A DNA stretch of 64,000 bases from Candidatus Latescibacterota bacterium. Lineage in GTDB: Bacteria; Latescibacterota; UBA2968; GCA-2709665. Below, one piece after another: positions 30,668 to 39,607 of this stretch; the stretch's first letter is position 1; each line of letters starts with the position of its first letter. The translations under genes were made by a program, and so were the position numbers. The notes below the pieces were generated by a model that made no database searches, was not told where the DNA came from, and was given only the letters and a program-made list of their open reading frames with translations. The stretch covers positions 1,344,001-1,408,000 of the forward strand of contig OZ250150.1 in NCBI GenBank assembly GCA_965237675.1, given 5' to 3'.

Positions 30668-31654
30668 TCACCGCTTTTCCTCCGCCCGCTTCCTCATCGG
30701 ATCGTATCCGATGCTGAGCGGGAGTTCGATGAGTTCACGGGTGCGGGCGGATTCGTGCATGGCCATGAGGAGTTCGGTTGTGGCGCGGCCTTTTTCACCC
30801 GTGCTCCGGTGTTCGGGCCCGCCTTCGAGCCAGGCGATCATTTCACGTGTTTGTTCAAAGAAGCCGGGTTTGGGTTCCTCGCGAAAGCTTGTGATGCCAT
30901 TCTTGTCCGTGAGGACGACTTCGTCCAGGGCGGCGTCTATCGTTGCTTCGCTGCCCAGAACGCGAAAGCGGAACCCGTCTTTTGGTGTCTTTTCGCCCAT
31001 TTCGACGAGGGCGCGGGTCCCGGTCTTGAAAGCGACAAGCCCCATGCTGGATTCTTCGGCGGGCGATCCCTGGTACAGGGTGCCGCGTTTTCGGGAGGCC
31101 TGGCCCATCACCCAGTCCGCGTCCGGGTCGCCCAAAAGGTAGCGCATCATGTCGACGATGTGCGTGCCGTTGTCCACAAGGCAACTGGTGAGATAACTCC
31201 AGACGAGGCGCGGTTCTCCAACGGCGCCGTCCGCGATCAGGCGGCGCGCCTTGTCGAAGTTGGGGTTCTGGCGGTGGCGATGGGCAATGACCAGCCGCGT
31301 ATTGTTCTGCCGGCAGGCGTGGATCATGCCGTCGGCTTCGTCCAGGCTCAGGCACATGGGTTTTTCGCAGAGCACGGCTTTCGCGCCGGCATTCGTTGCG
31401 GCGATGGTCTGCTCGGCGTGGACCTTCGGGTAGGTGCACACGCTGACGAGATCGATGTCGTGCTCGTGCCTGAAGAGGTCCTGGTGGGACGCGTATCGAC
31501 CCGATATGTTGAATTGGTCGCAGGTTCTATTGAGGTTCTCCGGGTTGATGTCACAGGCGGCAACAAGCTGGACGCCGCCCTGTTCCAGGTAGGCCTTTGC
31601 ATGGCGGCCGGAGATGTTGCCGCAGCCGATGAGGGCCGCTCGGTAGGAGGGCAT
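30668..31654 (-). CDS. Gfo/Idh/MocA-family oxidoreductase
   Basis: LIGCGNIS, LCEKPM and GTHIVD motifs. Confidence 0.92.
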   Translation of the reverse strand: MPSYRAALIGCGNISGRHAKAYLEQGGVQLVAACDINPENLNRTCDQFNISGRYASHQDLFRHEHDIDLVSVCTYPKVHAEQTIAATNAGAKAVLCEKPMCLSLDEADGMIHACRQNNTRLVIAHRHRQNPNFDKARRLIADGAVGEPRLVWSYLTSCLVDNGTHIVDMMRYLLGDPDADWVMGQASRKRGTLYQGSPAEESSMGLVAFKTGTRALVEMGEKTPKDGFRFRVLGSEATIDAALDEVVLTDKNGITSFREEPKPGFFEQTREMIAWLEGGPEHRSTGEKGRATTELLMAMHESARTRELIELPLSIGYDPMRKRAEEKR

Positions 31655-31728
31655 TGATGTCGCTCCGTATGACGGGGTTGGACGATGGGCCTGCGAGAAT
31701 CGGCGCCGTACGGTTCAAACGCCGGAGA

Positions 31729-32667
31729 TCAGGGAGTCCAGGATTTCGCGCATTCGGCGTATTCTCGCGCCTGTGCGGGGATATCCACGCCGACCTCCTC
31801 CGACCAGGCTTCGATGAGACGTCGATACACGGGGCCGGGACGGCCCGAGCCGACCGGCTGGAAGTTGAAGCGGGTGATGGGAATCATGCAGATGGTGGTC
31901 GACGTGTACCAGGCTTCTTCGGCGTCGCGGACATCGTAGGGTTCGATATTGGCTTCCCGGACTGGGATGTCCAGCTTTTCGGCCAGTTCCATGCACGCCT
32001 GTCGTGAGATACCGCGCAGGATATCGTGGGGCCTGGGGGTAAGGACTTCGCCATTGAGGACGATAAAAAAGTTGTTGCCGGTGCCTTCGGTGATGAATCC
32101 ATGTTCGTCGGTGAGGAGGGCGTTGGCCCCGTTTTCCATGCGTTGCGCCTGCAGATTGGCAAGCTGATAGTAGATGCGGCTGCGGTTTTTTGCTTTGGGG
32201 TCTATGTAGCGGGCGGGTACGGACTGCTGGGGCGTGACCACAAAATGGGCGCCCTGATCGTAATAGTGCGCCGTGCCCCCGATGTGCCGCACGAGTGGGA
32301 TGACATTGATGGTAACGATCGGACGCAGCCCTTCCCGGACGAGCGTGTCGTACAGGGGAAGGGCCCCCCGGGTGACGTTGTGCATGATCTGGTAGTCCAG
32401 GCCTTCCAACGCGGGCAGATTCCGTTCTATGATCTCCCCGGTGGCGGCTTCCATCTCTTCAATACTCAGGCCGCAATCGATTTCGGCGTATTTCATGGAC
32501 GCGTAAAGCCGGTCCAGGTGGTTGCGCAGGCGGTAGGGTTTTTGCTTGAATGAGCGGGTCATTTCAAATACCATGTCTCCGAACATGAGGGCCGAGTCGA
32601 ATATGGAGATGCGGGCGTCGCGTTCGGATACATAGCTGCCGTTGAAGTAGACGAGGCGCTGAGGCAT
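31729..32667 (-). CDS. Aminotransferase class IV (PLP-dependent; IlvE/D-AAT-like)
   Basis: YFNGSYV...ISIFDSALMFGDMVFE, H-LDRL, EGTGNNFF and LRGISR motifs. Confidence 0.9.
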   Translation of the reverse strand: MPQRLVYFNGSYVSERDARISIFDSALMFGDMVFEMTRSFKQKPYRLRNHLDRLYASMKYAEIDCGLSIEEMEAATGEIIERNLPALEGLDYQIMHNVTRGALPLYDTLVREGLRPIVTINVIPLVRHIGGTAHYYDQGAHFVVTPQQSVPARYIDPKAKNRSRIYYQLANLQAQRMENGANALLTDEHGFITEGTGNNFFIVLNGEVLTPRPHDILRGISRQACMELAEKLDIPVREANIEPYDVRDAEEAWYTSTTICMIPITRFNFQPVGSGRPGPVYRRLIEAWSEEVGVDIPAQAREYAECAKSWTP

Positions 32668-32907
32668 GGGAACACCTCTCAGTAAGGGTTTGGAAAGCGG
32701 TAAGAGGCGAGAGGTAAAACGGGAGAGGGGTTGGTGACCCCATAGTCTGAATGAGAGGGGGCTGTCCGCCTAACGTTGCCCGCTAATTGCCGACCGCTGC
32801 TTTTTATATATACAATCAAATTTTGTGAAATTCAAGCTTTGTTACCCGGTGGAGCTTTTGGGTTGGCGGGGCAGCCTATCGTGGCGGTTGCGGCAAGGAG
32901 TATACCA

Positions 32908-34164
32908 ATGAAGATCACGGACATTGAGGTGATACCGCTTCGGGTTCCTTACGAGGCGCGAATCCGGAAGGCGTACCATCACTTCGCAATGCTGGAGGAG
33001 GTGACGGTTTACAAATTTCACACGGATACGGGACTTGTGGGGCTGGGTGAAAATGCGGGACCGCCGTTGGTACGGGAGGCGTTGGATGCTTATATCGGGA
33101 CGGATCCGTTCGATCACGTCATGGGTCGGGGGCGTTTCAATCTTGACATGGCGTGTTACGATCTCATGGGCAAGCACCTGGGCGTCCCCGCGTGGAAGCT
33201 GATGGGGCAACAGGCGCGCCAATGGGTGCCCATGGGGTGGTGGATGCCGAGCATGTCGCCGGAGGACACGGCGGCGGAAGTCCAGGTGGCGGCGGGTCGC
33301 GGGTACCGTGGATTGAAGTGCAAGGCGCGCGCGTTTTACGACGTGGTGGAATGCGCCCAGGCGATTCAGGAGGTGGCGCCGCCCGATTTCCGTGTGGAAT
33401 TCGATTTCAACGGCGCGCTGATCTGCGTGGAAAAAGCGTTGCCCGTGCTGAGGGCGCTGGAGAAAATTTCAGTGGTAAAGGGCGTCGAGGAGCCGATCTT
33501 CGCATACGATATTGAAGGATGGCGCAGGCTGCACCGGGAGATCCGCATACCGTTTTATCTGCACGGCGTGCGCGTGCTGTCCGAGGCGGCCTCCCGGCAG
33601 CCGTCCGGGCCGTGGACAGGGCTTCGGGCCGGCGACTTTGAAGGCGCGTTATGCAGCCACGAGTGCGTCCAGGATGCGCTGGCGGCAGGGTGGACGTTCG
33701 CCGCGGCGAATACCCCGATCCTGCTGCAATACGTGGGAACGGGTATTACGACGGCGTTTGCGCTTCAACTGGGCGCGGTGATGCCCACGGCGACATTGCC
33801 GGGGGTGACGGTAAGCCATTCCAATGAAGACGATCTGATCGAGAACACGCATCCGATCCAGCGCGGTTTCATGAAGGTCCCGGAGGCGCCCGGCCTGGGC
33901 GTGACCCTGGATGAAGAGGCCGTGGCGAGGTACCGGGAGACGCCCGCGCCGGAATGGCGCCGGCATCTATCGGTGGTGACGTTTCCAGGCGGCGTAAAGC
34001 ACTATTATCGAAATCTGCAACAGGCCGAGCGGCTGATGAAGCAGGGTGTGGACGAGTCCTTCGCGCCCGGTGTGCGGCTGGATGAGTGGGAGGACGACGG
34101 CAGCGAGGGGTTCGACGGCCTGTGGAGGCGGCTGCAGGCTCAGGATTGGCCGGTATGGGACTAA
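32908..34164 (+). CDS. Mandelate racemase/muconate lactonizing enzyme (enolase superfamily)
   Basis: MKITDIEV, TDTGLVGLGE, DMACYDLMGK, KxK (KCKAR), DFN, EEP and PGLGV motifs; AAGGAG RBS. Confidence 0.88.
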   Translation: MKITDIEVIPLRVPYEARIRKAYHHFAMLEEVTVYKFHTDTGLVGLGENAGPPLVREALDAYIGTDPFDHVMGRGRFNLDMACYDLMGKHLGVPAWKLMGQQARQWVPMGWWMPSMSPEDTAAEVQVAAGRGYRGLKCKARAFYDVVECAQAIQEVAPPDFRVEFDFNGALICVEKALPVLRALEKISVVKGVEEPIFAYDIEGWRRLHREIRIPFYLHGVRVLSEAASRQPSGPWTGLRAGDFEGALCSHECVQDALAAGWTFAAANTPILLQYVGTGITTAFALQLGAVMPTATLPGVTVSHSNEDDLIENTHPIQRGFMKVPEAPGLGVTLDEEAVARYRETPAPEWRRHLSVVTFPGGVKHYYRNLQQAERLMKQGVDESFAPGVRLDEWEDDGSEGFDGLWRRLQAQDWPVWD

Positions 34165-34273
34165 ATGTAGAAGAGATGGAGAAGCAGCCACAATCGGTCT
34201 GGAAGGAAGATCGCCTTCCCAGGCGTCGGGAAGGCTTCCGATTGGGGTCTCATTCGGAGAGAGGCGTGGATAG

Positions 34274-35236
34274 ATGAGAGCGGCTAGATTGGTGGCGCCC
34301 CGGCGGTGGGAACTGGCCGAGGTGGAAGCACCCCGGGGGACAGAGGAGATGATGCTGGTGCGCCTGGAGCGGGTGGGGATTTGCGGGACGGACAGACCGG
34401 CGTTCTATGGTGTAGGCGCTTCGTATCCGATGGCGTTGGGGGAGACGGGCCATGAAGGTCTCGGCATTGTCGAGGCGTGTTCTTCAGGCGCCTTCAATGC
34501 CGGCGATCGCGTGCTGCTTTGGGGGTTCGACCGGGGTCTGTTCCAGGAATACGTGCTGGCCGATCCCGCAGAATGCGTGAAACTGCCGATAGACCTGGCG
34601 CCGGAGGTGGCGCTGATGAGCCAGTTGTTGGGAACGGTGATTCACTGTTTCTACAAGCTGGGAAATGTGATTAACAGGAAGGTGCTGGTGATGGGGCAGG
34701 GGCCGGTGGGACAACTGTTCAACGCGACGTTACGAAACCTGGGCGCAAGGGATATTATCGGGGTGGATCCGCTTCCCCACCGGCTGGAGGTGTCGCCGAA
34801 GATGGGGGCGACCCATACCATCAACCCGGAGACGTGCGATCTGGCGGAGGCGGTGTCGGAGATTACCGGCGGGGAGATGGTGGACCTGGCGGTGGAGGCA
34901 GTGGGCAGGGAGGCGACGTTCAACCTGTGCGGCGATCTGTTGAGCCGGGACGGCACGCTGGTTTACTTCGGTGTGCCGAACAAGGAGAATGCGGAGGGGC
35001 GGATGACGCTGGCGTTCCTGGAAATGTTCAGAAAGGAACTGCAAATCGTGACGTCCGTGGGACCGAATCCGGGCACGGACTATACGATCGCGCTGGACTG
35101 GATCAGGCAAGGCCGATTGGATGTGCGTCCGATTCTGACACACCTGTTGCCGTTTGAGAAAATTCAGGACGCGTTCGATCTGGCATTCGAACATCCCGAA
35201 ACGGAAGGTGCGGTTAAGGTGGTTCTGGCATTTTGA
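34274..35236 (+). CDS. Zinc-binding alcohol dehydrogenase family protein
   Basis: GICGTD, GHEG and GQGPVG motifs; lacks the structural-Zn loop. Confidence 0.9.
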   Translation: MRAARLVAPRRWELAEVEAPRGTEEMMLVRLERVGICGTDRPAFYGVGASYPMALGETGHEGLGIVEACSSGAFNAGDRVLLWGFDRGLFQEYVLADPAECVKLPIDLAPEVALMSQLLGTVIHCFYKLGNVINRKVLVMGQGPVGQLFNATLRNLGARDIIGVDPLPHRLEVSPKMGATHTINPETCDLAEAVSEITGGEMVDLAVEAVGREATFNLCGDLLSRDGTLVYFGVPNKENAEGRMTLAFLEMFRKELQIVTSVGPNPGTDYTIALDWIRQGRLDVRPILTHLLPFEKIQDAFDLAFEHPETEGAVKVVLAF

Positions 35237-35352
35237 CGGCGCCAGTCGTCACCCGGCGGGACGAAGGGTTGCGATCCGGCGAGGGGCAGATGGGAAGCAC
35301 GTTCGTCAATGAATCGCGCTGCCGAAAGACAAAACCGGAGTGTTGGCTGGCG

Positions 35353-36897
35353 ATGCGCTGGATACTTACCGGTTTGTTGCTCTGGTCGCCGCCAGGGCAT
35401 GCCGAGGAGACACACGTAATGCGAATGACAACAACGGTTGATTTCGGGAAGGACGTCGGGCAGAACTGGGGCTCTCTGTTTGAGGCCCGCGACAAAGAAG
35501 GCCGTGTGGTTCTGGGGGCGGGCTTTGTGGGGGACTACAACACCGCGTTCAGGATGGATCGGTTTACGTTGCAGTTCTTCCTGCGCGACGACGAGGCAGA
35601 GGAGGGGTTCGAGACCCTGCCGCCGTCCACGGAGGATGGAGGGAGTTATCTGTTCGATCTGGATGGCCGGGTGTACTCGTGCAGCTATCACCAGGACCGG
35701 ACTGCACGATGGTGGGACGACGAGGCGCGGGCGTGGCAGGTGGACGAGAGCTTCGGCGTGGGTGAAACCGTGGCCGGCGACGGAAAGATGCGGGTTGCCG
35801 GGAAGATATTCCAGTTCAAGGGGGGCGAAGCCTGGTACGACGGCGAGCGGATCCTGGAAGAGCCCGCGTCGGGGTATTTTCACCATTTCTATTACGCCCT
35901 GGGTTACCTGACGTTTTTCCACAAAGACGACGAGTCGGATTCACCGTATACCAGGCTGTACGCGGCGCCCTGGACGCCGGGAAGTGCATCTGTCGACCTG
36001 GAAAATGCGGTGACGCTGGATCTGAAGTATCCCCAGGAGACGCCGTTCTCCATTGGGCAACTCGGAGATGAGATCGTGAACTCGTCCAATATGGGGGGTG
36101 TATACGTATTTGACGGGTCCAGGTGGAAGGTGGTGCGCGCATCGCTGGCGGGAGTGAGTTTTCAGCTCTATTCGATGTTGAACTGGTACGACGAGTTGCT
36201 GATCGCACAGTACCCGACGGGAAATCTGTTCAGTTACGACGGCAAGGAGCTTCGCCACCTGAAAGACTCGCCGCCCGTAATGCCGGGCGTGTCCGGCAGT
36301 GCGCGCGAGGCGCAGACAACGGCGATTTATGGAGGGAACCTCTATGTGGGGGTATGGCCCTGGTCCGAGTTGTGGCGGTACGATGCCCACGGAAACGCGT
36401 GGCATTTTGTGAAGCGGATGTTCCGGACACCGGCGATTACGGATGAGATGACGCATCCCTGGGAGGATCGGCTGGTCGCGTACAACGAGGAACATGGTAC
36501 CGACCTGGTGATCAACGATTGGGGACAGCGCGTGACCGGCCTGACGCCGATGGGAGATGCGCTTTATCTCTCAGTAAGCGCCAAGGGTTGCCCGGTGCGG
36601 GACATGCGGCACTCGTTCCTGCACGATGACGAGGTGTGGAACCAGTACCGCAGGGTCTACCGGGTGCGAAAACCCGGCAGCGTTTCCGTGCCCGTCGCAT
36701 GGACGGGAGAACCTACGACGCTGGTGTTTACCATAGGCACGGAAGCGATCAGCATCGCACAGGACGGACGGATTCTGGGTTCGGCGCCGATCCGCCCCGG
36801 ACGGGCGGAGGCGGCGGCAAAGCACGCGGGTATTCAATGGGGTCAGGGCATGTTCGGACCCCTTCGGGCGGAAATGCGGTCAAATGCGGTGGAGTGA
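35353..36897 (+). CDS. Secreted hypothetical protein, probably a beta-propeller
   Basis: Signal-peptide-like MRWILTGLLLWSPPGHA; repeated aromatic beta-strand motifs; start uncertain. Confidence 0.65.
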   Translation: MRWILTGLLLWSPPGHAEETHVMRMTTTVDFGKDVGQNWGSLFEARDKEGRVVLGAGFVGDYNTAFRMDRFTLQFFLRDDEAEEGFETLPPSTEDGGSYLFDLDGRVYSCSYHQDRTARWWDDEARAWQVDESFGVGETVAGDGKMRVAGKIFQFKGGEAWYDGERILEEPASGYFHHFYYALGYLTFFHKDDESDSPYTRLYAAPWTPGSASVDLENAVTLDLKYPQETPFSIGQLGDEIVNSSNMGGVYVFDGSRWKVVRASLAGVSFQLYSMLNWYDELLIAQYPTGNLFSYDGKELRHLKDSPPVMPGVSGSAREAQTTAIYGGNLYVGVWPWSELWRYDAHGNAWHFVKRMFRTPAITDEMTHPWEDRLVAYNEEHGTDLVINDWGQRVTGLTPMGDALYLSVSAKGCPVRDMRHSFLHDDEVWNQYRRVYRVRKPGSVSVPVAWTGEPTTLVFTIGTEAISIAQDGRILGSAPIRPGRAEAAAKHAGIQWGQGMFGPLRAEMRSNAVE

Positions 36898-36922
36898 CAC
36901 CCACCATCACGAGGATCGGAAA

Positions 36923-37978
36923 ATGGCAGATCGATATCGGACGGCGTTGATCGGTTGCGGGCGGATGGGGGCGACGATCGACGACGAGGTGCGGGACCAT
37001 CAAAACTCTCATCTCTGGATTCCGTACTCTCATGCCGCGGCGGCCGTGGCGTGTGAGCGGACGGAACTCGTGGCGGTTTCGGACGTGGTGGCTGAGAAGG
37101 CGGAGTCGATTCGGGACCGGTACGGAGTTCCGGTCTGCTACACCGACTATCGGGAGATGATCGATAAAGAGAAACCGGACATCGTGTGTATCGCCACACG
37201 CCCCGCGACCCACGCGGAGATGACGGTATTTGCGGCCGAACATGGCGTAAAGGGGATTTATTGCGAAAAGCCGCTCTGCTGTTCAATGCAAGAGGCGGAC
37301 GCGATGGTGTCAGCGGTTGAGAAGAATTGTGTGAAGTTCAACTACGGCACCCAGCGGCGATATATCCCGGTTTACCGAAAAATGAGGGAGCTTGCCGATG
37401 CGGGCGATCTGGGTGCGGTACAGGCCGTTATCGTGCAGCAGGGCGTGACGGCCGCGTTGTGGGGACTGACTCACGGTGCGGACATGATGCTGTTCCTGGC
37501 GGGAGACTGCAAGATCGATTTCGTGCAGGGCACCATTGTGTGTGAGGATAGGGATTGGGACGACAACCGTTTGAACGTGGATCCGGGTGTGGCCAGCGGT
37601 TACGTTCGGTTTCAAAACGGCGTTCACGGATATACGACCGCGGGCAGCGGCGCGGAGTTCGAGCTTTGTGGTTCGTCGGGAAAGTTGAGGACGTTCGACA
37701 ACGGAATGACCTGTCAGTTCCGGAAGGCCTGCGGGGTGGGGCATATGCTGGAAGAACGGCCGTTTCCCACGGTCCCGATGCAGAGCGGCACGGTGAACGG
37801 GCTGAGGGATATCGCCGAGGCCCTGGATACGGGTCGGGAGACAGCGGGGCCGGTTCAACTGGCGCGACGCAGCCAGGAAATGGTGATGGGGTTTATCGAG
37901 TCCCATAGGCTGGGCGGCGTGCGGGTGCGTTTGCCAATGAAGAATCGAGGCCTTTACGTGGGGCGGCAGGGTTGGTAG
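36923..37978 (+). CDS. Gfo/Idh/MocA-family oxidoreductase
   Basis: LIGCGRMG, YCEKPL and LTHGAD motifs. Confidence 0.92.
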   Translation: MADRYRTALIGCGRMGATIDDEVRDHQNSHLWIPYSHAAAAVACERTELVAVSDVVAEKAESIRDRYGVPVCYTDYREMIDKEKPDIVCIATRPATHAEMTVFAAEHGVKGIYCEKPLCCSMQEADAMVSAVEKNCVKFNYGTQRRYIPVYRKMRELADAGDLGAVQAVIVQQGVTAALWGLTHGADMMLFLAGDCKIDFVQGTIVCEDRDWDDNRLNVDPGVASGYVRFQNGVHGYTTAGSGAEFELCGSSGKLRTFDNGMTCQFRKACGVGHMLEERPFPTVPMQSGTVNGLRDIAEALDTGRETAGPVQLARRSQEMVMGFIESHRLGGVRVRLPMKNRGLYVGRQGW

Positions 37979-37980
37979 AA

Positions 37981-38016
37981 AATCAGCCTTTAGCTATCAG
38001 CTGTCAGCCGTCAGCC
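37981..38016 (+). repeat. NNTCAGC heptamer array immediately after a stop codon (similar array at 46272-46294)
   Basis: AATCAGC CTTTAGC TATCAGC TGTCAGC CGTCAGC. Confidence 0.75.
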
Positions 38017-38111
38017 AAGACCGATTCGCGTAACGGCATCGCGACGTCAATCCGCGATATCCGCGCCTGAACGTCAAGCGTTTCATTGTCTTGGACCTCG
38101 CGCAAATCTAT

Positions 38112-38337
38112 CACGCGGACGGTTGCGGTGTTGGGGGTTTTTCCGTGCTATTCCGTCCAGCAACGTAGCTTGGGATGGCCTGCCCCGGTAAAAGGGCAAC
38201 CAATTCCCATTTACGGCACTGAGGTGGTTCACGGAAAAACCGGCCCCGCGCCGAGCGGCGCCCTTCTTTTTCGCCCTTTTTCTTGGGCGAAGCAAGAAAA
38301 AGGGCAAGGGAATAGGGGACGTTAGGGAGTGGGGAAG
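38112..38337 (-). repeat. Structured dispersed repeat, element X copy B
   Basis: Reverse complement matches copies A, C and D; hairpin CCCTTTTTCTTG-CTTCGCC-CAAGAAAAAGGG. Confidence 0.85.
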
Positions 38338-38524
38338 ATTATGAAGCACGTGTAGCAAAACACAGGTATTTCGACGCACTAATCACACAAGACAGATGTT
38401 TCAACAAGCGCCCCTCACAAAACGTCCCGCGCCAAGTATTCTTCGTGGCGAGGCTTTTTTCTTTGCGGAGGGAAGTTCGAAACGTATTAGCCGCGGTTTT
38501 AAACTGTGAAATCAGGAGATGTTC

Positions 38525-39505
38525 ATGCCGGAATATGAATGGATTTGCGTTAACGAACAGGCGGCGTTTGCAGGGCGGGACGGCGCGGGCGCGCTGGTGT
38601 TTCAGGACAAAATGTGGCTGCTGGGCGGATGGAATCCAGGTGACAAGGTCAATTTTCCGCGTATCTGCAACAGCGAAGTGTGGTGTTCCGCGGACGGGGA
38701 ACTCTGGATCGAGGTGAACGAGGAGGCGCCCTGGGAGGGGCGGCATACAGCGGGCTACGCCGTTCATGATGGCCGGATGTGGATCGTGGGAGGAGATTGC
38801 AACCAGGGTCACTATCAGAACGACGTGTGGCGCAGCGGGGACGGGACGGATTGGGAATTGGTGTGCGACCCGGTCCCCTGGGGACCGAGAGTACTGCATT
38901 ATACTGCGGTTCACGACGGCAGAATCTGGGTGATGGGCGGCCAGACCATCCCCCAATTCGCGGATGAAGAGGAGGTCTTTTTCAACGACGTATGGAATTC
39001 GGCCGATGGCCGGACCTGGATCCGGGTCGTCGAAGACGCGCCCTGGGAGGCGAGGGGTATGATTGGCGGCAGCGCCGTTTTTCAGGACCGGATATGGATT
39101 CTGGGCGGCGGGACGTACGATACCCCCCGGATCGATCGCCGATTGATGTATAACGATGTCTGGAGTACCGGCGACGGCGCAAACTGGGACTTGCATACTC
39201 CGGCGGCGCCCTGGAAACCGCGCCAGTACCACGACGTTGCGGTGTGGGACAACAATCTGTGGGTGATGGAAGGCTGCTATCACGAGGCGGCCCATCGTTC
39301 GATGGAGGAGGCAACCGGCAGCTGGAACCGGAACGACGTTTGGTACAGCCCGGACGGGGTGAACTGGTCCGAACTTCCGGATACGCCGTGGGCTCCGCGC
39401 CACGCCGCCAGTGTATTCGTCTATGCCGACGCGCTCTGGATGGTGGCGGGCAACAACATGTTTCCGGATGTCTGGAAGCTGGTTCGCAAGGATGACGCGC
39501 AATAG
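38525..39505 (+). CDS. Kelch-repeat protein
   Basis: Six to seven repeats of APWxxR...VxDGRxWxxGG...NDVWxSxDGxxW. Confidence 0.88.
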   Translation: MPEYEWICVNEQAAFAGRDGAGALVFQDKMWLLGGWNPGDKVNFPRICNSEVWCSADGELWIEVNEEAPWEGRHTAGYAVHDGRMWIVGGDCNQGHYQNDVWRSGDGTDWELVCDPVPWGPRVLHYTAVHDGRIWVMGGQTIPQFADEEEVFFNDVWNSADGRTWIRVVEDAPWEARGMIGGSAVFQDRIWILGGGTYDTPRIDRRLMYNDVWSTGDGANWDLHTPAAPWKPRQYHDVAVWDNNLWVMEGCYHEAAHRSMEEATGSWNRNDVWYSPDGVNWSELPDTPWAPRHAASVFVYADALWMVAGNNMFPDVWKLVRKDDAQ

Positions 39506-39607
39506 TGGAGAATGCATCCACTTCAAAGAGTGTTACCCATGTACCCGAACACCTGTTACCCGTACTACCGGCCTATACAGTACGCAGAGAAGAAAGGACG
39601 GTGTGGA

